Part shown: piece by piece, positions 1-12,630 of the stretch
Position numbering within the stretch: position 1 is the stretch's first letter
Layout of the letters: every line of letters begins with the position of its first letter
Source of the DNA: Octopus sinensis
Lineage: Eukaryota
Assembly: GCF_006345805.1 (NCBI RefSeq)
Contig: NC_043014.1
Location: 10,292,001-10,356,000 of the forward strand
Direction: 5' to 3'
Length of the DNA stretch: 64,000 nt
The notes under the pieces: model-generated
Told to the model about the DNA's origin: nothing
Database searches by the model: none
Seen by the model: only the letters and a program-made list of their open reading frames with translations
Made by a program: the position numbers and the translations under genes

Positions 1-1630
1 GGCGACGGAGGCACGTAGTATCTTGCGACGAAGGGGTAGGGTAGAGGGGTGGAAAAAGGGGAGGAAGGGGGTTGCGGTGGGGGGTGGGCGGGGAGAAGGA
101 ACAGGGCGGTATTAGCGGTAGTGCGGTCGATGCGACGGGCGGGGTGAGGGCATCAGAGAGGAGTATGGGTGGGTAACCTCGGAGTCTGAACATGCGGGCC
201 AGGTATTGAGATTGGGTCTCGAAATCCTGGTCGCGGCTGCACAAACGTCGGAGGCGGAGGAACTGGAGTAGGGGATGGCTCGTTGGTGTGGAAGGGGTGG
301 GAGGAAGAGAAGTTGAGATAGAGGTGGGAACCCGTAGGTTTAAAGAAGGCGGTGGTGGTGGTGAGAGAGCTGGAAGGGTGATCGATGCGGAGAGAGATGT
401 CAAGGAAGTTGACAGAGGGTGTGGAGATGGTGGAGGTGAATTGAAGAGAGGGGTTGAAAGTTGGAAAGGAAAGAGATGAATTGCGCAGAGACGTTCACGG
501 GAAAGGGAGGTGGCACCTACGCAGTCGTCGATATAGCGACCGTATAGTTCGGGGGTCGGCCCAGAGAACTGGGAGAACACTTGGGCCTCAATGTGGCCAA
601 GAAAGAGATTGGCGAAATTGGGGCCCATCCTAGTTCCCATCGCGACCCCGGACACCTGTTGGTACGTTTCCCCGGCGAACGTGAAGCAATTGAGGGTGAG
701 GACGAGCTCAGCCAAACGGAGAAGGGGGGGGGTGCTGGGGGTGGGGTCGGGACGACGGTCGAGGAAGTGTTGGAGGGCTAGGAGACCGTCATTGTGGGGA
801 ATCACTGTGTACAGGGATTTTACATCTAAAGTGAAGAGGAGGTGTGAGGGGCTGGAAGGGAAGGAAAAGGAATTGAAGAGACGGAGGGCGTGGTTGGTGT
901 CGTGTATGTGGGATGGGAGGGCTGCGACTAAGGGGGACAGGATGCGGTCGAGGTATAGGGAGATGAGTTCAGTGGGGCAATTACAGGCAGAGACTATGGG
1001 ACGGCCAGGATTAGAGGGTTTATGGATCTTGGGAAGGAAGTAGATGGTGGAGGTGCGGGGTGTGCGATGAGCGGACGATGAGGTTGGTGGCGGTGAGGGG
1101 GAGAGCGGAGGAGGAGATGAGGTCGTGGATGGTGGAGGACACTCGCTGTTGGTAGGAGGAGGTGGGATCGGAGGGGAGGGGATAGCGATAGAAGAGTGGA
1201 TTTTGAAGCTGGTTGAGCGCTTCCTCCCTGTATAGGTCCGCGCGCCACACTACCACTGCCCGCCTTTGTCCGCCGGTTTGATGACAATGTCATCACGACG
1301 GCGGGGAGGTGGCGAAGGGCAATGGATTCGGCCCGAGTGAGGTTGGCTCGCGGGGTCTTGGTTCAAAGTTGAAATGAACGGTGGACCAAAGCGTTGCAGT
1401 CATGTACAAACGAATCTAGGCTACTGAAAAGGCCTGGGGGCGGCGTCCAGATGGATGGACGACGCCCCAGCTCCAAAAGGCAATCCTGATTGTTGTGACG
1501 GTGCGGGGACGCGTGGTAGTATGCGCGAAGTTTGAGGCGGCGCAGGAACAGGTTGACGTCCGCCCGAGTCTCGAACTCATCACAGTGGCGCGTGAGTGGC
1601 GTGAAGCGGAGACCCTTACTGAGGAGGGAA
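1..1630 (-). mobile_element. Penelope-like element (PLE) reverse transcriptase region, frameshifted, GC-rich; runs off the window start
   Basis: Minus-strand translation gives LLSKGLRFTP, VVVWRADLY, FLPKIHKP..GRPIVS, DVKSLYTVIP (~796-826), GVAMGTRMGP (~621-649), RYIDDC (~521-538) and the thumb motif IPYSQFLRLRRLCS, all typical of PLE RTs. The frame changes several times. Confidence 0.9.
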
Positions 1631-1689
1631 TATATATATATATACACATACATATATATATATATACGTTTAAATATTTGTTGTGCAAG

Positions 1690-2062
1690 ATTTTTTATGT
1701 AAACACATGAACAAAATAAGAATAAACAAAAACAAAATACAAATTACATGAACACATATAAACAGAAGATACAAATATTACAGGCATCCCCCACATACAC
1801 ACACTAAATAAACATAAACGCACATAGAGATATAAGCATGCGCAAATGAAGACATACAATAGAAATACAAAATGGCTGACGGTTAGTAAGGAGAGATACA
1901 AATAAGAAAGATGAAAACAAAGGACCACTGATGCGGTCACAGGAGTGTGACGAAAGAACTCTGGCCGAAATAAGATTAAGATTAATGTAAAAAATAAATA
2001 ACACTGAAGCAAAATAACACCAAATATATAGTGCGTGTGTTTTTATTGGCTAAACTGGCAAT
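1690..2062 (+). repeat. Probable PLE pseudo-LTR oriented away from the adjacent ORF; second copy at ~57130-57470
   Basis: Clear by-eye alignment with 57130-57470. Contains a hammerhead-like motif at 1922-1966. Confidence 0.6.
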
Positions 2063-2529
2063 ATATATATAATACGCGCAGAAATTCCCTACATTTATAT
2101 TAACAGCCGAAGGTCGCATGTGCATGTAAATTTAGTAGCCAGTGTTTTAAAACCAGTCATAAATAATACCTGACTTATTTTTTAGCATAAGACGTTTCTT
2201 AAAATGTATACAACCATTGAAATGTCAACGGGGAAAATGAAAGAATGCATTTTATTTTCCACGCTCGCGTATAAACGTATAAACATTTCGTTGTTTTATT
2301 GGTAGTTTCATATTTTTAAACTTGATCAACAAGCACAATTTCAACCTTTTAAAATGTTCTGTTATTTCAACACTGCTTCAATTAAGCAACTTCAATATTG
2401 ATTTTCGTTTGAGTGGTATTTAAAAAAAAAAGTTAACATTTTCTTCACGCATACCTAGTCATGTTTAACTTTCAAACTCTGCACTTTTATGCACACAAAA
2501 TCTATTAATCGCATTTTAATTTAGTGATG

Positions 2530-2820
2530 TGGAGGCACATTGCCTAGTGGTTAAAGCAGGCGGAATCGCGATCGAGGGTTTGCGGGTTCGAGTATCAGAC
2601 CGGGCGATGTGTGTATTTATGAGCGAAAACACCTAAGCTCCACGCGGCTCCTGCAGAAGGTAATGGCGAACTTCTGCCGACTCTTTCGCCACAACTTTCT
2701 ATCACTCTTGCAGCTCACCTGCGACGGACTGATGTCCCGTCCAGTTGGGGAACCTATGCGCTAAGGAAACCGGGAAATCGGCCCTTATGAGCCAGGCATG
2801 GCTCGAGAAGGAACAAACAA
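2530..2820 (+). mobile_element. tRNA-derived SINE, family C, with a V-domain-like segment
   Basis: A-box-like TGCCTAGTGGTTAAAGC and B-box-like GGTTCGAGT. The 5' ~190 bp is shared with the minus copy at 53351-53718. CTGCGACGGACTGATGTCCCGTCCAG resembles the V-SINE central domain. Confidence 0.75.
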
Positions 2821-3060
2821 TTTAGTGACACAAGCACACGCACACACGCAAACACACACACAAACACGCAGGCACGTGTTAATAAGAATCGGTGTTGATA
2901 CATACAATACGTAGGGTTTGTGTATATACTGTATCATATGTGATTGTAGACAGATGGAAACCGAAAAATTAGCATGGCATAATACATGAGACGCGCTCTC
3001 TGATTGTACAGCGTGATGTTATCTGCATCAATAGATCTGGTTAATATTATTTCCTTTGCA

Positions 3061-3586
3061 TACCGTAAATCTTCGAGAATAATCCGCATCGTTTTCCCAA
3101 AATTTAAAAGTCAAAATCCCTAGTGCGTACTATATACGAGGTAAAAAATGAAAAATATTTTCTAAGCAATGTCTAAGTCTTTATTTGCTGTCCGGCAATG
3201 CTAATTCAGACGTATTTTGTGATGTCGGGCGCAAAAATATCTTAAGCTAAGCCTAAAAGCAATGAAATCATAAATGAATCATCCATAACTTGCAGTAAGC
3301 AACATTTATTAAAATAAAAGTATCCAGAACACAGAATAACATGTAAGAAAAGCAATTTGCAAATGTATTTATATTCCCATATAACAGTTAAGAATATCAC
3401 CATTATTGTATTACGCATGCGCGGATGTGTTTGTTTGACTAGTTGCTGCTGGCTTAATTACGCACGACTCAAGTCAGAGAAGGGATGCGTATTATACACA
3501 AGGTTTAGGTTATTCAGAGATACAACCCTCTACAAATCTCCTGCGTATTATACTCAAGGGCGGACTATACTCGAGGATTTATGGTA
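3061..3586. mobile_element. Tc1/mariner-superfamily MITE
   Basis: Imperfect TIRs TACCGTAAATCTTCGAGAATAATCCGC (3061) and GCGGACTATACTCGAGGATTTATGGTA (ends 3586), TA at both ends, no ORF. Confidence 0.65.
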
Positions 3587-4068
3587 TATACGATTATATT
3601 TGTTGGGATTTGTGTTCTGAATCGAATGTAACTTCTATCGTTTTGGAACACACTGCACATTCTCGGTCCGTCTACATAGGGATTTCAAGAATACGCCATC
3701 ACTCCCGCACATTTTCTAGAAGTGCTTGCTGTTGACGTGAAATTCACGTTGTGGATTTCCCTTAACGATGATTTGTGATTATGAAATCAGTACTTCTGTT
3801 CATCTTCCTACATTATTCTGTAACAGTTTTATCACTCGTCTGGATTGAAGATTTTGAAGTCACTCGACCTTCGTACGCAACCGATTTTTCCTTGAAGGCT
3901 CGATATAATGCACAAGATTTTTTTACATTTCAGTATAAGCAGTTAAGAATGAGCTCTCTAACAGGTTTGCTTAAAGTGATTTTCAAACTGAAGACGGAAA
4001 TATGATTCTCTTTACAGAGGCTCGAAGGAGGAATTCTTTTCTGTAGCAGATTATGACAGAAAATGTCT

Positions 4069-4408
4069 CTTTTACTCTTTTACTCTTTTACTTGTTTCAG
4101 TCATTTGACTGCGGCCATGCTGGAGCACCGCCTTTAATCGAGGAAATCGACCCCCAGGACTTATTCTTTGTAAGCCTAGTTTTTTATTCGTTGTCAAGAG
4201 ATGTTGGGGGGACAAACACAGAGACAGAAACACACACACATATATATACATATATACGACGGACTTCTTTCAGGTTCCGTCTACCAAATCCACTTACAAG
4301 ACTTTGGTGGGCTCGAGGCTACAGTAGAAGATACTTGCTCAATGTGCCACGTAGTGGGACTGAACCCGGAACCATGTGGTTGGTAAGCAAGCTACTTACC
4401 ACACAGCC
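4069..4408 (-). mobile_element. SINE family A (CORE-like), with internal deletion
   Basis: Reverse complement of the family A sequence seen at 19411 and 33312: TGGCTGTGTGGTAAGTAGC head, internal (TA)/(TG) tract, (AAAAGAGT)n tail. Confidence 0.85.
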
Positions 4409-5026
4409 AGATTTTTGTTCTACCTTGTTCTTTGAATTCTCAGAGAAACGGGGCAGATCATATGAGATTTTGTAGAACGAATACATGTATTTCGAATGAA
4501 TATTGCATGAGTCCTGTGAGATTCAGCTTTGGAAACTGGTATCTACTAGCGCTTTATTTGACTAAGGACTAGTTACAGCAAATCTCAATATTATACTAAT
4601 ATTGGCTATGATGTTTTGAACAGAAATTGGTGTACATAAACCTGCTTGGCGCTGAGTAAGTTTATCATTCGTCTTAATCACAATCATTTATATGCTGTAG
4701 AAACCAGGTTAAGCTCCAGATTTATGCGACGTAGAGCTCATTACACATCTAAGCCTAAGTTGAATAAGATTTATGTACAGAACTATTAGATGTTATTCGG
4801 TATTAGATAATAATGGCAGCTCTAAGAATTTAGAAAACCAGAGCATAGAACTAACCAATGAAAATTTCTCTTATACTAATATGTCAAAAGGCGCATCACA
4901 CTAAACAAATATAAACTCATATGTATGTAAATATCTGTATATAAACATGTGTGTGTGTGTGTTCCTGTGTATGATGTTGAACTACATCTTGCAGTTAAAT
5001 GTCACACCCAACATCATATATATATA

Positions 5027-5258
5027 CATGATAAGAAAATGGAGAAATACATCTAAATCAAATATCAATTAATAGATAATACTCAATCACATACTTTATT
5101 AAACCACCACATAAGAGACTGTAGGGTTAAATTGATTTGTTCTGCTTTTTATATTTAACCCTACAGTCTCTTATGTGGTGGTTTAATAAAGTATGTCATT
5201 GAGTATTATCTGGTAATTGATATTTGATTTAGATGTATTTCTCCATTTTCTTATCTTG
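5027..5258. mobile_element. Fold-back MITE with 106-bp arms and a 20-bp loop
   Basis: 5027-5132 is the reverse complement of 5153-5258 with about 4 mismatches. Ends are TA|CA...TG|TA. Confidence 0.75.
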
Positions 5259-5435
5259 TATTAGTAATTTGTGGTAAATCATTTTACCTTTGCCCATATA
5301 ATACAGTAAATGAATTGATTGCATCGCAATCATTATCATTTATGTATTAACTTTGTTGGGTACTTCACTAGCAGTATATTGTATTGTATATACGTTATCC
5401 CATAGAGGGTTGCATTTACAACCCCTATCTCAATT

Positions 5436-5539
<104 letters not shown>

Positions 5540-5556
5540 TATTTATATATATATAC

Positions 5557-5607
<51 letters not shown>

Positions 5608-5614
5608 CATATAC

Positions 5615-5676
<62 letters not shown>

Positions 5677-5811
5677 AATTAACAAGTTGCTTAATCACAT
5701 ACCGAAAATTTAGAAATAGCAGCCACAGACCGCTTATTCCTATTTACTACAGATATAGCTCCACATACTTGTAACTCACATAGGTAAAAAAAGTAATTAT
5801 ATATATATATA

Positions 5812-6227
5812 TATAGAGAGAGCCACCAAAAATGGGTCACTTAAAGTTTTGGCGAATGAAAATTGAACTGCGCTATTTCTGTTCCGAAATTCATCTCGCA
5901 AGTGCAAAAATCGATAATGTGTTTGTTTAGGCCTTATCCCATGTATTGAATAGTAAACTTAACTCAGTCAGCTGTTTGACGTGAACTGTGTTCACCACGC
6001 GTGCAAGCATGCGTAAATTGCATGAAAAATGAAAAAGCATGATATAAAAACGAATCGCCGTAAACATTGTAGAAATTCGGTAAAGAAATAAATTTTCGAG
6101 ATATAGCCTGGAAGGATTTTTCGTATTAATCGTTTGGACTTTGTGAACACATACCAATTGTTTTCATAACATTTTTAACGCTTTGAATTAAATGTGACCA
6201 TTTTGCAAAGCCGGGCAATACTGCTAG

Positions 6228-6228
<1 letters not shown>
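5812..6228 (-). mobile_element. Helitron/Helentron-like non-autonomous element (interior type 2)
   Basis: Minus strand begins ACTAGCAGTATTGCCCGGC. The interior aligns with the plus copy at 37808-38172. Confidence 0.55.
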
Positions 6229-6245
<17 letters not shown>

Positions 6246-6270
<25 letters not shown>

Positions 6271-6380
6271 ATCACGTGACCGACCAGACCATCAGATGTT
6301 GTTACACATCGCTGATCACAATGCGTTCGCATTGTTTCAGCCTTCGAATGACGCCACCCCGCTGGCTAAGCGAGCAGGCC
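6246..6380. repeat. Short interspersed repeat fragment; second copy at ~37708-37795
   Basis: ACGTGACCGACCA..CCATCAGATGTTG..ACACATC is shared between the two loci. Confidence 0.55.
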
Positions 6381-6510
6381 ATATATATATATATATATAA
6401 ACTTTTTATATAAAAAAAAACGTTTTGTTAAAGTTCCTACTGATAATGGTTCTCTTTCCATACCGAAAACTACTTGGTAATAATTATTAATTTTTAAATT
6501 ATTTACCCTG

Positions 6511-6546
<36 letters not shown>

Positions 6547-6556
6547 ATGTGTGTGT

Positions 6557-6594
<38 letters not shown>

Positions 6595-6866
6595 TGTGTG
6601 TGTGTGTGCGTATAAACGTAAGAGTTACCAGCTTCATGTGATATACTAGTAAAATTTCACGTTCGGTTGAGCACGCATTTAATACAGATAATCATCAGAA
6701 CTTATCCAGTGCACTAAAGATAAAAATTATCAAGAGAAATATCAATAGTTTAGCTGTAATATTAAATTCGGACACACAGCAAGCTAGTGTGAAGCTTTAC
6801 ATTAGGATTTATGCGGTGTTTTATGTTTTGTGCTACATATATCTATATCTATATATATGTGTGTAA

Positions 6867-6918
<52 letters not shown>

Positions 6919-7084
6919 AAAGTCAAAATGCGATAAAATAAAATTAATTATTATCGCTGGTGTTTCTAGCACAGGCCATATATTATTCATATATAAGTAC
7001 ACTAAAAGGCGAAGTATGTACTAGATACACAGAAGCTTGATAAATTTAGTGAAATGAAAATAAAAACTTTTACTAACTCGGTTA

Positions 7085-7157
7085 ATCTTATACTGCAGTT
7101 TCGTCTTTTTCAGCAATAAAAATAATTTATTTACTCAGGGTGACTCGTCAGTAAGAT
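7085..7157 (-). ncRNA. Minimal type I hammerhead ribozyme motif (PLE-type) with canonical core
   Basis: Minus strand reads AUCUUA-CUGACGA-GUC-(loop)-GAC-GAAA-CUGCAG-UA-UAAGAU: 6-bp stem I, intact CUGANGA and GAAA, palindromic stem III ACUGCAGU, GUA cleavage triplet. Confidence 0.75.
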
Positions 7158-7386
7158 CCCTGTTCTTCTGAAATCGCACCTCAATAGACACATGTGCGTC
7201 TACTAATTTGCTCTTTCTAACTAATCAGATCACTGCGCAGACGCAGAACGTACCTGACAAACTAGGGATTTCTGGTATATAGTCTAACGCTCAAAATTTA
7301 TCGAGAAATATGTAAACAAAGTCAAAATGCGATAAAATAAAATTAATTATTATCGCTGGTGTTTCTATATATATGTATATATATAT

Positions 7387-7440
<54 letters not shown>

Positions 7441-7515
7441 TGTATAAATAAACATATATATGTATATATATATATACATATATACATATTATATATATAC
7501 ATACATATACATATC

Positions 7516-7546
<31 letters not shown>

Positions 7547-7607
7547 ATACATATATACATATATACACATATATACATATATATATATGTATATATATAT
7601 GTATATG

Positions 7608-7665
<58 letters not shown>

Positions 7666-7672
7666 CGTATAT

Positions 7673-7738
<66 letters not shown>

Positions 7739-7769
7739 GTGTGTGTGTGTATATACATACATATATATG

Positions 7770-9050
7770 ACGAATCACTAGTTAGAAACAAAAGTAATCA
7801 TCTACCACCCAAAGGAAGGAATAAAACTCTGCAGGAATGAATAAAAATGTCTGCAACAATAGCCAGAAATTTCCTCACACTATCTATAAACCATAAATTG
7901 TTCCTAACTCCAACAACATACATTGGAAGCACATACTGGAGCTAAAAAACGACAAAGGCCTCACAATCAAAGAAATAGATAAAGGTAGTGCTGTAGTCGT
8001 GATGGACACAGAATACTATAAAAACCTAGCATTGTCCATACTAGAAAATGACTCCTTTTATGAAAAAGTTGCAAATTGTAGGCAGCAATAAACATTAAAA
8101 GATCTTGAAAATTTAATACTCAAACATGGAATTTTCCTGACAGAAAACAGAAAAAGACTACATCACAAACTTCAAATGCAAACCAAGCCTTTCTTATGAC
8201 CTCCCCAAAATCCACAAGAGTCAAATAATTAATAATGCCTGCAAATCGGGTCTATGCATAAATATCCCAACACCAGATTACTTGAAATGAAGGCCTATTA
8301 TTGCTGGCCCAGCCTGTGAAACACACCGCCTAATCAACTTTCTGGACATGCTATTGAAAATTTCCTCAAATACATTAACAGTTTCATTAGAGAAGATTTG
8401 GATATGCTAGAGCTTCTACCAAAAACCACCAACGAAGAAGCTCTGTTAGTCTCCTTCGATGTCATCAACCTCTACACTAACATTCCACATGACTACGGAA
8501 TAAAGGCAATAAAATTCTCGTTAGGAAAATACCCCGAAGTTCTCCCAGACGGTTTTGGGATGGGAACGATAGCAGTGCCTGTCCTTACGAACCTAATAAT
8601 GGGTTTCTTTGAATCTAACCTATATGAACTTTTGCTCCCAAAATTTTGAACCCAATTCCACCAGTATATAAGAGAAAACTGGAAAAGGTACCTAGACGAT
8701 TGTTTTATCATCTGGAATGAAGCCAATGATAAACTCCTGGATTTCAAATCCACACTGAACAATATAAACCCCAACATCCAATTTACAATGGAATATAGCA
8801 TGGAACAGCTCTCATTTCTGGATATTTTGATTTTTAAAAAGTCCAACAACCAAATTGCAACTGACATTTACCAAGACTCCTTTTCAATTTATGTCATCCT
8901 AAACTCACCAAAATACATATCGCATTCAATCTAGCAAAAAGTATGTCTACAATTGTATCTGACACAACCACTCGGGAACCTCGCCTACAAAAACTCAAAA
9001 TAACACTCATTGAACGCCATTACCTACCTATACTTATAGAACCTTCTCTT
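7770..9050 (+). mobile_element. PLE reverse transcriptase fragment, AT-rich family, degenerate
   Basis: DKGSAVVVMD (~7978), PKIHK (~8205), RPIIAG, FDVINLYTNIP (~8455), GMGT, RYLDDCF (~8686-8706). Multiple stops and frameshifts, and an internal deletion before GMGT. Confidence 0.88.
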
Positions 9051-9589
9051 TCCCCATGCTAAAACCTACGTAGGAAGAATATTCCTTAGATTAAGGGCCA
9101 AACACTTCACAATGTCACATATGTATGGAGGTTTGTTTAATAGTCTCAACTTAAAGCTGTCCTTCAGTTGCGCGCTCAGAACTAAGAAAATTTTTGTGAG
9201 CAACCCTAAGCTGCGAGCTGAGGCAAGATGCTCATGAAGGGTATACGATGACCGCCCAGTGAGGGGTCGATATGAAGAAGAGTGGAGTTGTGTATGAGAC
9301 TGAGGTGACAGCCTACACCTCCGACACCAACGACCGCTATGACAGCAGCGACGACGGTGGATACAGAAGCGCTTCAAGCAGCAGAGAGCATCAGTTATGA
9401 CGGCAAAACCAACAACAAATTTGCAGCCGGATTTTGCTTCTACGCCAGAATTAACGAAACAATCAGAAACACGTCCAGAAATATCAGCTGCAGCAGCGAC
9501 TCTAACAACAACAACATAAGACCTGGAGTTAACAAAAGAAACATCGGTGGTGATAGCACGTCCAATACACAAACATGAATATATATCTA

Positions 9590-9822
9590 TTTCTTTACTA
9601 CCTACAAGGGGCTAAACATAGAGGGGATAAACAAGGACAGACAAAGGGATTAAGTCGATTACATCGACCCCAGTGCGAAACTGGTACTTTATTTATCGAC
9701 CCCGAAAGGATGAAAGGCAAAGTCTACCTCGGTGGAATTTGAACTCAGATCGCAACGACAGACGAAATACCGCTAAGCATTTCGCCCGGCGCGCTATCGT
9801 TTCTGCCAGCTCGCCGCCTTTA
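9590..9822 (-). mobile_element. SINE family B (Deu/Nin-domain-like), monomer
   Basis: Minus strand has the GGCGGCGAGCTGGCAGAAACG head, B-box GAGTTCAAATTCC and CTTTCATCCTTTCGGGGTCGATAAA..AAGTACCAG, which resembles the Deu/Nin domain. Confidence 0.85.
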
Positions 9823-10318
9823 TATATCGGTTCAGCCGCGCCCCCGTATAAGTAATGTCCGAACAAACACAAGTCCTTTTTCAGGGTACCGGAAAGCCTA
9901 TGGCTCTTTCGAGTATCATCATGGTCAGAGTCGATTTAAAGGTCGATAATTCCGGTCCGCCCGCAGCATATACATTGATTTTTCTTTACAAAACCAACTG
10001 ACCGTCACGTATTTCTTCCTCCAGTTGTAGAGAGGAGGCGCGTTCAGTCGTTTTGAGTCTGACGAGTTACTTATACTGCTAAGGGCTTTATAGATGCGAA
10101 TCTAATGGTCTCTCTATGACCAGCAATGACTTTTGACTTCTTTATATGTAATTAATACAAACAGATGTTTACAATGTTATACTGTAAAGGAAAATGAGTG
10201 TCATTAATAAAATTTCGCTAAGGGTATAAAATAACACCTACATTACTAGGTATAGGAACTAAAATGCTCCAGTGTTCATCACACCCTTAATCAAGTTTAG
10301 TTGGCACCTACATATATA

Positions 10319-10349
<31 letters not shown>

Positions 10350-10528
10350 CGGAGAATTTACAAAAACGCAGAAGACGAAGACAGGTGGTGTAGACAACAG
10401 ATACATGTATTAATATAAGGCTCGGGAAGTGAAAAAGTCTTTAATGTTTCGAGCCTTTAACGTTTCACACACACATATATATATGGGTGTATGTGTGTGT
10501 GTGTGTGTGGTGTGTGTGTGTGTGTGTG

Positions 10529-10572
<44 letters not shown>

Positions 10573-12191
10573 TCTCCTAGTACTTATTCTATCGGACTCC
10601 TTTGCCGAACCTCTAGCTTGGAGAACCATATGGTTGGTAAGCAAGATACTTACCACACAGCCACTCCTGCGCCTATATATATAACAAAGGAGTGAGACAG
10701 GGGATGGAATATACGAGAAAGTTTACTCCTCACAACTATCGTTCCACGCGTCATGTACCAATCCCTCCTTGTGGACGGGATACTGTACAACTGGTTCTGG
10801 TACTTCTCACGATGCAGAGGCATATCCTTGGGCGATGTTATAAGGGATATCTCATTGAATAAACCCTGTTTCGCTCGGTTTTGTTTTCTGGCTTACAGTG
10901 TACTGTTACGTCACGTGAATATTTTATCACATACATGCATGCATGTTATCCGGTTAATTTAGGCATGATTGTACACTATATGCTACATACATACAAGGTA
11001 GCAGCAGATGAACCGTACTTATTATTTATTCTTAAATTCTATGAAATTATTTATGTATATATGAATGAAAATATGTGCGAATAGAAAATATAAGCAAACG
11101 GACATTGAATGTGATAACATCTACTTTTATTAAATTTCTATAAGCAGATGACTGATTTGGGCCTGTTTTACATCGTTTTTGTTTAATACAAATTTAGTTA
11201 TTGTTCAGAATGGTCTATGTATTAAGCTGAATCGCAAAAGTGAAGCGGTTAGGAAACAATAGCGATAATCAAATGCTGTTGAAAATTGAAAGAAAGTGTG
11301 AATATTTCATTGCTATTACTACTGGGTTGATATATCACAATAACAATGCTTTTCGCTAAATATCTAACTGATTATTGTAACCGCTGAAATGTAAGTAAAG
11401 AACTGAATGAAAATTAATGGTGGATGATAAAGCAGCTAATAGGAAATAAATATTAATTAACTTTCGTTGATTAACCTTGCCTGAAAAGTGAAATTGAATT
11501 TGCATTGAATCAGAAATCATTATAATAAATTTGTCTATCGTTCAAATGACTGCTACAATTTTAATAATTATATGTTCCATAGATAGGAATTAAAATATAT
11601 TTATGTTATTGTGGATATTCATAATAGCTATGACAATGAAAATTAAATTATACAGAAATACAGATAAGTAATAATATTCTGTATGATGATTATGCCATAC
11701 GTAATCATACGGTTTCAATTGTATCGCCTACAGGGAAATCAACACTTCGATATCATTGTGAGGAGGAGACAAGCATCAGAGGACGCAATATACAGTACAG
11801 AGACAATATTCAGAGGGGTGAAATAATTGTTAGTTTTTTGGTTCAGCGAATCTCAATGCTATCATGAAGATATAAATAATTGCATATTCTACCTATTGTT
11901 GAATACCTGTCATTTCAAGTGAGGGCATGTGTTCGTGTCCAACTACATGTCATCCATTATTTCTATTCTAAAAGGATCTTCAGCCCAATATTTACATGCT
12001 ATCAGGTCATTAAGAATAAAATGTCCCACTTTCTTATGCACCAAGTTTGACAGTCGTTAACTCTAATGATTTATCCTGACAATTTTCTGTTTTAGAACAC
12101 TGAAGAGTTACATCGTCACTTTTCGAAATGCAATACATGGTGTCTGATCATATTGTGAGGTGTCTCTCGTAAATCAGTTTTTTGCGAACCC

Positions 12192-12630
12192 ATGGATAGA
12201 TAAAAAAAAAACTTCGTGTTTATTTATGAATATGAGTTCCGTCGTGGAACCAATGCTTTACGTATGTTGCGAATGAACGCACTCTATGTCGATAGCTTTA
12301 GAAGTTCTGCCCTGGTGACTTTACCTAGAAAATCATCCCCGTCGTGGACCTGATGCCAAGGTGGATAACGATGAGCTTGAAATTGTAGTGGAAGCAGATA
12401 AATCTCAAACTACGCGTAAGTTAACAGCAAGTAGCTACCACACGAACTGAACGAAACATGCTGTTCTTTGCTGTCCTGTCAGAGTGAACTATTTTTGCAT
12501 CGTATTGCTATGTGTGATGTAAAATGGATTCTTTTCGACAATAGCAAGTGTTCTGCACGGTGGTTGGATAGAGACAATGTGCTAAAACACAATCCAAAAA
12601 AGAATATCCAGAAAAAAAGCTAATGGTGTC
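12192..12630 (+). pseudogene. Mariner transposase remnant
   Basis: Frameshifted translation includes YEFRRGTNA, LENHPRRGP..VDNDEL..VEADKSQTTRKL, PHEL and LHRIAMCDVKWILFDN (mariner LHRIVTCDEKWI-type motif). Confidence 0.8.

Noticed and set aside
288-1043. Plus-strand G/R/E-rich ORFs (288-479, 581-781, 591-1043)
   Set aside because: Antisense shadows of the minus-strand PLE RT.
9860-10150. Complex sequence with FFTKPTDRHVFL resembling a PLE KPTD motif
   Set aside because: Single short match with no flanking RT motifs in any frame.
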